A stretch of 64,000 nt of DNA. It comes from a virus. Made by a program: the position numbers and the translations under genes. Under the pieces are notes generated by a model. It was not told where the DNA came from and did no database searches. It worked only from the letters and a program-made list of their open reading frames with translations. The stretch spans positions 30,337 to 94,336 of IMG/VR virus record IMGVR_UViG_3300023084_000009; one strand, 5' to 3'. This document shows, in pieces, positions 39,501 through 49,700 of the stretch (positions are counted from its first letter, which is position 1; each line of letters starts with the position of its first letter).

Positions 39501-41360
39501 AGATCCATCAACTAACGCACCACGACCAGCAATGTAACTAGTTGGTGGTGAATCTGCAGTATCATAACCATAAGGATCAGTGAAACTAGTAGATGATCCC
39601 TTGTTTAAAACAGTTACTCTCTGGATATAAGGACTTCTAGTCGTGATTGCGATACCAGTTGCATAAGAGAATACATAACCAGTATCATCAGTAGAATTAT
39701 AAAATCCATCTTTGACTGTAAAATCTTCAACTGTGGAAAGATCATTTAGTAAGAGAATATTATTTGTCTTTGTAGCATCGGTTGGTTTAATAGTTGTTGC
39801 TCTAAGACCCGCACCCTTTAGAGTAACTCCTCTAGGAACTGTAAGGGGAACTGTCTCTTCATATGTACCAGAAGAAACATTAATTATATCCCCATCTGCT
39901 GCTACACTTAATGCTTGAGCAATAGTAAGATATGGTTCATTTATATTATCACCACTATTCGAATCGCTACCTGTAGTGGCAACATAATAAGTCTTTCCAA
40001 GTGCATTGAGATCCCCATCAAATCTGGTTGCAGTTGCAACACCAGATACATTCAATGCATCTAACTCAGTATGACCATCTACATCTAGATCAGCATTTAG
40101 ATCAATATTATTATTAAAAGTAGAAACTCCTACTACATCTAGACCACCATCAGTAATTCTTAAACCAGATCTAGCAGTAGCAATTCCTACAGAATCGACA
40201 TTAACTACATCCTCATACTTAAGAACACCACCTACTGTAAGATCACCACTGAAAGTTGCGCTAGTAGCAGTGAGAACCCCAGCAATATTAACGTTATCGA
40301 GTTCGGTATGACCATCAACGTCTAAATCACCATCGACATAAAGATCACTTTGGAAAGTACCAACACCAACGAATGTGGAAACACCAGAGACTCTTAGAGT
40401 ATCAAGTTCAGCATGACCATGTACATCTAGATCAGCATTGAGATCAATGTTTCCTGAGAATGTAGAAACACCAGAGACTCTTAGAGCATCAAGTTCAGCA
40501 TGACCATTTACATCCAGATCAAATGTGGTAACAATACCACTAATATTAACGTTATCAAGTTCAGTATGCCCATCTACATCGAGATCACCATTGAGATCAA
40601 TGTTTCCTGAGAATGTAGAAACACCAGAAACGTTTAAGTTATCAAGTTCGGTGTGTCCATCTACATCTAAATCACCATTAAGGTCTGTGTTTCCTGAGAA
40701 TGTAGAAACACCGGATACTCTTAATTGATCTACTTCAGCATGACCAATTACATCAAGCGTATCAATACCATTATTAAAAGTAGCAACACCAACTACATCT
40801 AGACCACCATCAGTAATTCTTAAACCACTTCTCGCTGTGGCAATACCGATGGCATCAACGTTAATTACATCTTGATAAGTAAGAGTTCCACCAATTGATA
40901 CATTACCACTAAACTCAGCACTACTAGCAGTAATAACACCAGTTACGCTCATGTTCGTAACTGTTTGTTGATTAACCTGGAAGGTTGTTGCAGTAAGTAA
41001 TCCTACGTTAAACTGGTCAGCTTCAATACCAGTTGAGTGAAGGAAAGAACTACCAATTCTAAATCCATCACTATCAATTGTTGCTGCAGTTCCTACAGTA
41101 ATTTTATTTTCATTTGGGTCAAGAGTAATAGTTCCCGATCCAACGGAAAGAATGCCTACTACTCTTGCATCACCATTAACATATAGTTGTGTTCCCGCAG
41201 CACCAACAGCACCAACTTCTAATGTGTATCTTGGCAGAGTCGTTCCGATACCAACACTAGTGACTCCCACCGTAGCAGAAATGCTTACCTGTGAGACATC
41301 ACCCTGTTTATCGTAATTTAGAGCTCTTGCTACTTGAGATAACTCAGAAGGAAATGCCAT
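36585..41360 (-). CDS. Long tail fibre protein (1591 aa)
   Basis: DLDVDGHTELD and GVSTF repeats, shared ~500-aa domain, AIALAIALG C-terminus. Confidence 0.8.
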   Translation of the reverse strand: MAFPSELSQVARALNYDKQGDVSQVSISATVGVTSVGIGTTLPRYTLEVGAVGAAGTQLYVNGDARVVGILSVGSGTITLDPNENKITVGTAATIDSDGFRIGSSFLHSTGIEADQFNVGLLTATTFQVNQQTVTNMSVTGVITASSAEFSGNVSIGGTLTYQDVINVDAIGIATARSGLRITDGGLDVVGVATFNNGIDTLDVIGHAEVDQLRVSGVSTFSGNTDLNGDLDVDGHTELDNLNVSGVSTFSGNIDLNGDLDVDGHTELDNVNISGIVTTFDLDVNGHAELDALRVSGVSTFSGNIDLNADLDVHGHAELDTLRVSGVSTFVGVGTFQSDLYVDGDLDVDGHTELDNVNIAGVLTATSATFSGDLTVGGVLKYEDVVNVDSVGIATARSGLRITDGGLDVVGVSTFNNNIDLNADLDVDGHTELDALNVSGVATATRFDGDLNALGKTYYVATTGSDSNSGDNINEPYLTIAQALSVAADGDIINVSSGTYEETVPLTVPRGVTLKGAGLRATTIKPTDATKTNNILLLNDLSTVEDFTVKDGFYNSTDDTGYVFSYATGIAITTRSPYIQRVTVLNKGSSTSFTDPYGYDTADSPPTSYIAGRGALVDGSKVASNSLEAGMLFNEVTFFTPNNKGVVLTNGARAEYLNCFHYFSSQAIVGTSGTVGIAGTAEARLKFRTPSVTPSVNDVVKLFDSGGSVVAVGTITNYDDPYAKISGKGYGTFTSVGIGTTQRVEFYQSDGTTFTGIASAISFADYTMFGAEMRSVGCAVEYGSQGVVADGVGVQLRLFAMNFNHVGSGKDMSNDPTTVIQANEVVELNSGQVSFVSIDQGGDFRVGDSLYINQETGQVSFASTSYDLENVGNLVVTDGGSNQTLITPTSLTVGNLQLAANTFSSTSGDITIDPGGSSETNITGNLNVSGILTASVLQVSALQKGDTSISLDDTGSDGTIRFNTDGSEAFRINNQQVSVFTGDIDLNADIDVDGHTELDNVNVSGVLTAASAVITGDLSVLGNLTYEDVTDVDSVGLATARAGLRITGGGLDVVGVSTFNDNVFLGDNDKINLGDGNDLQIWHNGSSSNITDAGTGSLYIGGNNDVVITDGSISETKAKFTTNGAVELYYDNSKKFETATSGVNIVGTTTTGQLNVTGVSTFQGNVNLGDDDRLRFGAGQDLQIYHDSATNSSYINESGSGRLEIRGSDLYLADEDGTTMLYAANNAGVSLYYGGGKTFETTGAGVTVTGTTFSNQLGVSGISTFSQGINAEGYVAFRGDTYTASWNSSPGYFSLPDSSYVTFGSSQDLTIKHDGTNSSITNREGDLIIETTTAGEGPGGDDIVIKSRDDFEVQVAGGTTAIYATGGGSVKLNHNGSTKFETTAGGIDVTGHTELDNVNVSGVLTATSAEFSGNVTVLGDLTYENVTNQDSIGIATARAGLRVTGGGLDVVGVSTFHDNVSVAGTFGVTGLSYFQNRIEVHATGGSNRTSLSSDALTFNGSGDLTIKNNTTSGDILFTTKTSTLAKFFSGGAIELYHNNNKTLETTGVGVTITGGLDANGSINSSTDVQIDGVSVLTTASDEAIALAIALG

Positions 41361-41383
41361 GGAAGGTTTTTAGTTATTTATGG

Positions 41384-41977
41384 TTACTCAGTATCAAAGA
41401 AGAACATATGAAATAGTCTAGAATCATACTTATCGTATCCAAAATATTTAGATGCTGTGTGGGGACACTTGGCATCCCAGATTACCAATCTATTAAAAAC
41501 ATTGGCGACAACATCAATGTGATCCCATGGTGTGGGATCTAAATGTTTGTTCCTCCAAATGATGTCGGATCCCTCAGTACTTACATGTCTAATGCGTGTT
41601 TCTTTATGAGAAAGTAAAGAAGTGCCACATTCATACGGTGCATCTGGTGTCAGATAAACAGTCGCTGCCCAAGTCTGAGCATCGGCATGATAAACCAGAG
41701 CATCTTCACAAGTACAGTGCTGGAACCTAGCACACATACCATGAACATCTGTCCAATTAGTAATTCTCCTCCCCATAATGGATTCAAATTTTTCTTTAGT
41801 TCCAGTAACTTCATACTGATGCTCAGTTCTCCTACCTCGGTGATAATCACTAAAGTGATAGTCTAAGGAAAGAGCAAAGTTTCGAATAGCAATTGGATCT
41901 TCATAAAAGTTTTCAACAACCCAAAGAGTGGGATTTGGGTTTTGATTTAATTTTGCATCTCCTAGGAAATATTTCAT
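41384..41977 (-). CDS. 2OG-Fe(II) oxygenase-like protein (DUF6445-like)
   Basis: VVENFY.DP...R, H.D....AA.VYLTP, FNRL..WD....H, RL...FFF. Confidence 0.75.
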   Translation of the reverse strand: MKYFLGDAKLNQNPNPTLWVVENFYEDPIAIRNFALSLDYHFSDYHRGRRTEHQYEVTGTKEKFESIMGRRITNWTDVHGMCARFQHCTCEDALVYHADAQTWAATVYLTPDAPYECGTSLLSHKETRIRHVSTEGSDIIWRNKHLDPTPWDHIDVVANVFNRLVIWDAKCPHTASKYFGYDKYDSRLFHMFFFDTE

Positions 41978-44130
41978 GTCAGTTCTGGGGGTTTAACGGC
42001 ATTCTCACAAAAACGGCAGAGATTAAAGCATTGGAAGTTATCTGGGATAACATCTTCATAAGATTGTTCATAGAGATTTCCAAGAATATGCTCAAGACCA
42101 TAGTCCATACAACAGAGTGATACATCACCATTTGGGAGCATCACATTGTGATACATCTTCTCAAGACAACCACAGGTCATCTCTTGCTCACCATGATAAA
42201 TGGAACGATACTCATCCTTGCGATTGAGTAGTTCTGGTTTCATAATACTTTCACCAAGAAGATTTCCTGCTCTAGACCACATAGCATATACGGGAGCATC
42301 CGTGAAAACATGTCGCACACTTTCATGTACTGTTCCCATACACATAGTAGTAAAGTTATTGATCTGGGGCCAAACTTTACTGAAGTGTTCGATCACTTCA
42401 ATGTATCTCTTAGTGATAGGATGCTTTGCTTTTCTTTCTTGATCGGGTAAGTGAAGAACAAATCCACCATTTGGTCCACCAGCAAAAGGAATGTGTTTGA
42501 TGCGATCAATATCCTCAATACTCATGCCAATACCAGTGGTAAAGATTGAGATGGGATGACCCTTTTCATGAGCATAAAGAACCATATCAGTGCAGTTCTT
42601 ATTCAACCAAGGTTCAGTAAATCCAGCAAAGGTTACACGAACTTCTTGTGGAAGTTTATCAACTGCTTTCTTGAAGTTATCGAGCGTCATAAAACGCTCA
42701 CCTTTGTAAGACTTTTGAAGAGTTCTTTGTGGGCAGAAGACACAATCAACTACACAACCGTTTTGAGTGTCGATAGAAGTGGTGAATTCCATCGTTGGGG
42801 CAATAGAGTTTTTCCACTTGTCTTTTGGTTGCTCTCTATTGTCAATGTATAGATTGATTTGTTCATACTTTTCAATGAACCAATCATCCCATAAAGCCCA
42901 CTTCATATCAACATAGTCGATAGAATAGATTTCATGTTTTGGAAATTCTCTGAGATAAGTATCCCTAAACTTTCTAAACTTAACTTTGTTTTCTGGAGTA
43001 TCTAGGTGCCACTCACCAGCAATCTTACTGACATTTTTGCGAATCCAATCCATATTTTCATCATTGAAAATATCATACTCACCACCTTCACAATCAGTCT
43101 TAAGAAAATCAATTTTTGGAATATTATTTTCCCTAACAAAATTCATAAAATTAACAGATGGAATTGTATTCTCATTTTCATCCTCAGAGGCATAAACAAG
43201 ACTCTGATTAAAAAGACCACATGTTTTTAATGAACCATCTTCTGGTCCAATTGCTTTATTTGTAAGAACAGTATTACTATCCTGCACATTTTCAACAAGA
43301 TCTTTGAAAAGATCTGGGTGTGGTTCAAAGCAATAAACCTTTGCTGGATTTTGTTCTTTGATTAAATGTACAAATGGACCAACACTCGAACCAATATCAA
43401 AAACAATATCTCCTTCTTCTACCTTAAAGAATTTTTGATAGACATTATCAACAAAAATTTCTTTTTCGACAGTTCTCTTAAACCATTCGTTATTTGCAGC
43501 ATGTCCCCAATTGAAATCTCTCAATCTCTTGGGTAGATAAACTCGATGGAGATCTTTTCCAGTATCTCCCAGTTTTTGGAGATTGTTTTTAACTGCAGTT
43601 AAATGAATTTCATCCAGAGGATAGTTCAAGAAAAGATCTTCAAGAATATCTCTAGCTTCATTGCACAGTCCAACCCACCATGCTGCTACTGCTTTTTCAA
43701 AACGAATACCATAATATCCAGGATATTCAACATCAACACCAAGTTTTTCTTCTGGATCTTTATCGGCAACTTTCTCACCGATAGAAGCAATCAAAAATGC
43801 ATCGTGATAGTTCTCTTCTCTTTCATAAAAGCGACTCAGAAGAAAATACCCTTCAGGACGATTTGGCATAATTGTCAAACCATGCTGATACAATCCCTTA
43901 ACGGTAAAGTTTCTACACCCCTGCTTACTGAAACAAATGCCAGCACGAAGAATACATTGATACTTAATAATATCTTGATCGGTTCTCTCTGCTGCTCTCA
44001 AATAGTAGGAGACTGCAGATGCTGTTTGATTAAGTTTATCGTAATAGATTGCCAGATTTAAATTGTTATCAACATTTTCTGGATCGGCAATAAAACTATA
44101 AAGCAAATTGCTCAACATTTTATCATTCAT
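41974..44130 (-). CDS. TPR + FkbM methyltransferase + radical SAM/SPASM fusion protein
   Basis: YLRAAE/P.RPE.Y TPR; FDIG.SVG, FEPHP, LKTDCEGGE; CVVDCVFC, GFTEP, PNGDV.LCC.D....LGN, C..C. Confidence 0.82.
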   Translation of the reverse strand: MNDKMLSNLLYSFIADPENVDNNLNLAIYYDKLNQTASAVSYYLRAAERTDQDIIKYQCILRAGICFSKQGCRNFTVKGLYQHGLTIMPNRPEGYFLLSRFYEREENYHDAFLIASIGEKVADKDPEEKLGVDVEYPGYYGIRFEKAVAAWWVGLCNEARDILEDLFLNYPLDEIHLTAVKNNLQKLGDTGKDLHRVYLPKRLRDFNWGHAANNEWFKRTVEKEIFVDNVYQKFFKVEEGDIVFDIGSSVGPFVHLIKEQNPAKVYCFEPHPDLFKDLVENVQDSNTVLTNKAIGPEDGSLKTCGLFNQSLVYASEDENENTIPSVNFMNFVRENNIPKIDFLKTDCEGGEYDIFNDENMDWIRKNVSKIAGEWHLDTPENKVKFRKFRDTYLREFPKHEIYSIDYVDMKWALWDDWFIEKYEQINLYIDNREQPKDKWKNSIAPTMEFTTSIDTQNGCVVDCVFCPQRTLQKSYKGERFMTLDNFKKAVDKLPQEVRVTFAGFTEPWLNKNCTDMVLYAHEKGHPISIFTTGIGMSIEDIDRIKHIPFAGGPNGGFVLHLPDQERKAKHPITKRYIEVIEHFSKVWPQINNFTTMCMGTVHESVRHVFTDAPVYAMWSRAGNLLGESIMKPELLNRKDEYRSIYHGEQEMTCGCLEKMYHNVMLPNGDVSLCCMDYGLEHILGNLYEQSYEDVIPDNFQCFNLCRFCENAVKPPELT

Positions 44131-45100
44131 TAGTCAAAAACTCCTCCAAAACAGTCTCAGGAAACTTAAGCAAATAGGCAGCATTATCTTGGAATCCAAA
44201 AGTCATGAGCATATTTTCCTTATGTATGGCAAGACCAACGCAGAACTCTACGTGACCACCCATGATAAAGAACTTGTTTGACCACTTCACAAGATTAAAA
44301 TCTTTATCCCAGAAAAGAACTCTGTGATAATAAACAGCATCTTTTCTACCAACTTCACTCTTGAACAAATCAACTTCATGAGTGATAGCAACATACCCAC
44401 CTTTCCAAGGAATGACCTGAGATCCTCCACGAGGATACCCATCCATGTTTTTACCTTCCCTTGTGAATAGTTGTTCAGAAGTTCCAGTTGTAGGATTAAC
44501 TTTAACCAGTTCTGTCGGATTGCTCCACTTAATATAGTGGTATGGCATATCAGTAACTGGCATCCAATTCTTTTCACAATAAGAATTTGGATCTAGTGGT
44601 GGTTGAATTCTTGTTTGTGATACTTGCTTTACGGCATTGTTCTCAACAACAAGTTCGCACAATTCCATTCTTCCTGTTCCAACAGTGTCCTCATCTCTAC
44701 GGACACCAGAATAGAATAGTTTGTTACCCCAACGGAAAAGACGAGCATCTTCTAGACCAACAAAATCCCAGAGCTCCTTGTCTGGAAACTTTGATGTATC
44801 TACTTTGTTGCAGCGAACAACATCATAATTATCATTCAATTCCAAATAATAATTCCAAGTTCTAAGATGAATATCATCCTCAGGATGGACATAAGTCAGA
44901 GGACCATACTGATGTTGAAATAATTTTTCTTCGGAATGGTAGAAAGTATAATTAACAGATCTAAGATTAACCATAACCTTATCACCATCAACAAAAACTG
45001 ATGGGTTCATCAAACCCAGACCACCAGTTAAGTTGGGATCAACAATTAAAGGATGTATAGATCCACCCTGCTCAATGGCAGATTGTGCGAATATCTTCAT
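44123..45100 (-). CDS. Beta-propeller glycoside hydrolase-like protein
   Basis: NPSV, GLEDARLF, CEKNWMP, RGGS, VEFC.GL, FG.QD. Confidence 0.65.
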   Translation of the reverse strand: MKIFAQSAIEQGGSIHPLIVDPNLTGGLGLMNPSVFVDGDKVMVNLRSVNYTFYHSEEKLFQHQYGPLTYVHPEDDIHLRTWNYYLELNDNYDVVRCNKVDTSKFPDKELWDFVGLEDARLFRWGNKLFYSGVRRDEDTVGTGRMELCELVVENNAVKQVSQTRIQPPLDPNSYCEKNWMPVTDMPYHYIKWSNPTELVKVNPTTGTSEQLFTREGKNMDGYPRGGSQVIPWKGGYVAITHEVDLFKSEVGRKDAVYYHRVLFWDKDFNLVKWSNKFFIMGGHVEFCVGLAIHKENMLMTFGFQDNAAYLLKFPETVLEEFLTNE

Positions 45101-45125
45101 TCAATGAATACTATTTCTCAGTCAC

Positions 45126-45154
45126 ATTATATATTAGATTATCAAAAGTGTCAA
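45126..45154 (-). promoter_or_regulatory. Consensus sigma70 promoter of the tailoring-enzyme operon
   Basis: TTGACA-N17-TATAAT. Confidence 0.85.
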
Positions 45155-45480
45155 TCGCGTGGAGTTTCTGGTTCTGGATCTGGAATTACTGGTTCTACTT
45201 CACCTCTTTCCAATCTAGCATAATAGTCCTGATATTCATTAACTCTTGCTTGGAAAGCATCCTCAGTTTCTTTAGCATATCTATCTTTAACTGCTTGAAT
45301 TCTAGCAGTCATTGCATCAGAAAATGCACCAGCTTTGAAGAGATCGTCCAGTTGTTCGGTGATATCTGGATACTCTTCTTTTCTTTTTTCACCATATCTC
45401 ATCAATCCCGAATTTTCAGGAATTGATTTTGTTCCAATCTCTTTAATCAAAGAATCTTCGCCTTCATCAAAGTAAGCCAT
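45151..45480 (-). CDS. Tail fibre assembly/chaperone-like protein
   Basis: Y...R..EYP.I.EQLD.L, I.AVK..Y; related to 16633. Confidence 0.6.
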   Translation of the reverse strand: MAYFDEGEDSLIKEIGTKSIPENSGLMRYGEKRKEEYPDITEQLDDLFKAGAFSDAMTARIQAVKDRYAKETEDAFQARVNEYQDYYARLERGEVEPVIPDPEPETPRD

Positions 45481-45517
45481 TTGTTTTCTCCTCTGTATGG
45501 TTTATTAAATTATTTAA

Positions 45518-46705
45518 TTAGGTTAATCTCCAACGGATCATTACACGTCCAGGAGCACCATTTCCACCGAAGTTTGGATGTCCATAAGATGGACCGTTGT
45601 GATAACTACCAGCACCACCACCAGCGCCTGTTCCAACAATAGCATCAAGTTCTTTAGATCCAGCACCGTTTCCAAGTGGTTCTACACCTGTTACCATATT
45701 GGTATAAGGTTGTGTAGGAGTAGATCCAGATCCTCTACCACCACCATATCTTCCGTTTCCAGCAACCTCAGAAGAGTTTCCTCCTCCTCCGCCACCACCA
45801 GCGATATATTCTGCAGATCCTGTTCTCCAAGGTACTGCAACACCAACGCCACCCCATCCGTTTCCTGGAGATGATGTAGGAGCAGAACCACCAGCACCAC
45901 CAGCACCACCGCCACCAGCACCAGTCCAAGTGTTTGCATTATTTCCGCCCGCATTCCCATATCCCTTAACAATACCCGTGTTCATGTATGGAGTATTATT
46001 AAAGGCAGTGATAGGCATTGGGGATGGGTCATATCCTGCCTGAGTTGGGTTCCATTGACCACCAAGATAAGTTGGGTTTGTTGGAAGTCTATATCCTTGT
46101 GCAGCGCCGCCGCCAGATCCACCTCTTACATCAATTCTCTGATAGGAGCTACTGAATCCACCCTCTGTAGATCCACCACCACCACCATCAGCAACATATG
46201 GTAGTGGAGATGCTGGTGGTCCTTCAATGTAAGAAGGAAGTCCTCTTTCTCCAAATCCACCAGGATAATATCCTCTTCCTTTACCACCACGTCCTACTCT
46301 AATATAATAGTTTCCAGCAGGTAAATCAACACCTCTACCAATAACAACTCCGCCTGCTCCACCGCCACCATTTCCATTTGTGGAGTGGAACATGCCGCCG
46401 GCACCACCACCACCAATAATCATGAAATCAACTCTGATTTTACTATTAACTGTTAGTGTTCCATCACCCCAGAAAGTTCTCGATTCATACTGATATCCAT
46501 TTTCAGTATAGGTATTAACTTCACCACCAATAACACTAGCAGCGTATCCAACTGGTTGAGTAACTCCACCAACCGTAATACCATTACTATAACTAACACC
46601 ACCAGCAACATCCAGTGTTCCATCAACGTTTAGAGTTGTTCCTGATGGAATAGTAACCTGAGAACCAGTTCTGCCTTGGATACTATCGACTCTTAATGTA
46701 GACAT
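45518..46705 (-). CDS. Glycine-rich virion protein (adhesin-like)
   Basis: MSTLRVD.I start, IGGGGAGG, GGGAGG runs, GG.GA.G.V.IR end. Confidence 0.75.
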   Translation of the reverse strand: MSTLRVDSIQGRTGSQVTIPSGTTLNVDGTLDVAGGVSYSNGITVGGVTQPVGYAASVIGGEVNTYTENGYQYESRTFWGDGTLTVNSKIRVDFMIIGGGGAGGMFHSTNGNGGGGAGGVVIGRGVDLPAGNYYIRVGRGGKGRGYYPGGFGERGLPSYIEGPPASPLPYVADGGGGGSTEGGFSSSYQRIDVRGGSGGGAAQGYRLPTNPTYLGGQWNPTQAGYDPSPMPITAFNNTPYMNTGIVKGYGNAGGNNANTWTGAGGGGAGGAGGSAPTSSPGNGWGGVGVAVPWRTGSAEYIAGGGGGGGNSSEVAGNGRYGGGRGSGSTPTQPYTNMVTGVEPLGNGAGSKELDAIVGTGAGGGAGSYHNGPSYGHPNFGGNGAPGRVMIRWRLT

Positions 46706-46738
46706 TCTTTCTTCCGTTTACGGCAATTTTGTTAAAAC

Positions 46739-46746
46739 TATTTATA
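46739..46746 (-). promoter_or_regulatory. T4-type late promoter
   Basis: Exact TATAAATA on the minus strand upstream of the 45518 gene. Confidence 0.7.
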
Positions 46747-46747
46747 A

Positions 46748-49700
46748 TTATAAAACTAATACACAGGTATCGTCAACCGTAACGGTGACTCCATTTTCAA
46801 TATCATATGTAATATCATCTTGCAGATATGATGGAATTTTTCCATATCCGACTTTTTGCATTCCACCCAATGTAATACTAGTTTGGAACACTGAGCGAAT
46901 GTTATCATCAAAAGAGTCACCTCTAAGTAAATTAGTTCCACCAATTTCTCTACCATAGTAGTTCATATCAAAATCAGTTTTATCTGTTATGGCAAGAACA
47001 CATCCATCATCAACATAAACAGTAACACCACTCTCAATATCAACTGTCGATGATGGGTGAGTAAAGACTTCACCAAACTTTTGGGGAGATCCGATCGTGG
47101 TATTAGTATCAAACCCACCATAGTGAGTGAATAATACCTTATTAATTTGTTCTATGTTACGAACATCAGGATCAATGGTAATATCAGCTCTCGATCCAGT
47201 AATTGCAAATGTATTTCCAACACCAAGGAAGTTTAGTGTTGTCAGTGGTCCATAAGAAACAGGAGATCCATTAGAACTAATACCAATATTATATCCTTGA
47301 GTTGCTGTTACATAACCAACCAAGGAGACTTCATTGGAAGAAGCAAAATATCTCAGATTATTTGAACCAGTTGCAACGTTAGATGAGTTCTTGAAAAGAA
47401 TCTGGTTAGCACTAGCGACAACTGGTCCAGGAATACCTTGAGTACCCTGTGTTCCATTAGTTCCTTGTCTTCCCTGAACGCCCTGAGCACCGGTAGCACC
47501 CTGAGCACCAGATGTTCCCTGTCTTCCCTGAATACCTTGGATACCTTGAACACCCTGAGTACCAAAAGCACCCTGAGCACCAGTTGTTCCTTGAATACCT
47601 TGAACACCCTGAGTACCCTGCCTTCCTTGTGTTCCCTGAGAACCTGTAATTCCTTGGATACCCTGAGTACCCTGAGTTCCTTGAACACCTTGGATACCTT
47701 GAGTACCTTGAGAACCTGTAATTCCTTGGATACCCTGAGTACCCTGAGTTCCTTGAACACCCTGAGTTCCTTGAACACCTTGAGTTCCTTGAGTTCCTTG
47801 AACACCTTGGATACCCTGAATACCTTGAACACCCTGCAGAGCTGCATTAGAAATAGTCGCTTTTTTCAGATCACCAACATCAGCATCATAAAGAAGAATA
47901 TAGTCACTTCCAGAAGGTTGACCAACAGTCAATTCTGCACGATTATTAATAACTCCAGCACCAACCGTAGTTAGAGAAGAATTAGTAACTCCTGCACCAA
48001 GAGTTGTAGCAGAGAGAACATCGGTGCTATTAATTTGATAAGAGTTACCACTGGTGACATTTACATCATCATTAAATGTAGAAACGCCAACTACATCCAA
48101 TCCACCACCAGTAATTCTTAAACCAGAACGGGCAGTGGCAATACCAATAGCATCAACATTGACAACGTCTTCATATTTAAGAGTTCCACCAACAGTAACA
48201 TCACCACTAAATGATGCAGAGGTTGCTGTTAGGAAACCAGTAATTCTTGCATTATCAAGTTCAGTGTGTCCAGTGATGTCAACACCACCAACAGTGGTTT
48301 CAAATTTCTTGGAGTTGTTGTAGTAGAGTGATACTGATCCATTGGGTGTTGCTACTAACTGATTTTCATTTCCTGTTCTCGTCCTTAAAAGAATAGAACT
48401 ATCAGACCTCAATACAAGAGAACCAACATTAACATCGTCAATAATACTATTAAGTCCATCGTGGAAAATCTCTAAATCTCCACCATCACCCAATCTTATC
48501 TTATCATTATCACCAAGATTTACATTACCTTGGAATGTAGAAACACCAGAGACGTTTAAGTTATCAAGTTCAGTATGCCCATCAACATCTAAATCACCAT
48601 TAAGATCAGTATTACCAGTAACCGTAACAATACCAGAAGCAGAAATATTTCTTGTGGTGATATCTTCACCAAGAGATGCTCCACCATCAACAACAAGATC
48701 AGTTACATAAAGTGTCTTAGCATATGCATCATTTTGGAAAGTAGCAATTCCAATAAAAGTCGATAATCCAACAACTTCTAATTGATTAAATGATGCTGTT
48801 GTGGTATGAATTGTTACTCCAGATCCAACACTAATTGTATTAGTGTCTCCATTAATAGTAACAGATGAAGATCCAACTGTTAGAACACCAACGATTGATG
48901 CATCACCAGCAACATTTAGAGAATCATTAACAAAGACATCGTTCTGGAATGTTCCAATACCAGAGAAGGTAGAAAGACCAGCAACTTCAAGTTGATTGAC
49001 AGATACTGTTGTGGTATGAACGGTAACACCAGATCCAACACTAATTGTATTAGTGTCTCCATTAATAGTAACAGATGAAGATCCAACTGTTAGAACACCA
49101 ACAACTTGAACATTATTAGAAATGGTCAGGTCACCAGAAACAGTAGCACCAACACCAGTGGTCTCAAATTTCTTGGAGTTGTCGTAGTAGAGTTCTACTG
49201 CTCCGTTTGTGATGAATTTTGCCTTTGTTTCATTTATAGAAGCATTTGCAATAACAACTTCGTTGCTACCAGCAATATACAAATTGCCTTGTCCAGTATC
49301 AACTAAATTAGTATGAGCACCAGTGTGTCTAATACTAAAATCATCATTATCACCAAAATTTAGTCTTACATTATCACCAAGATTTGCATTTCCTTGGAAT
49401 GTAGAAACACCAGAAACATTCAGTGTTCCACGAACATCTAACTTAGCAGTTGGATTTGTGGTTGCAATGCCAACATTACCATCAGAATCTATAACTGCTC
49501 TCTCCGACCCTGCAGTAAAGAATGTCAGAGCATCTTCATCTGATCCAGGAGAAGACTCTGGTTTAATATAAGTATCTCCATCAACGTCCTTAACACCACC
49601 AAGAGATCCCCAATCATTACCAGGACCAAATCCTTCAAACTGTGAATTAGTTGTATTATATCTAATCTGGCCAGTGACTGCAGTTCCTACTGCATCTTTT

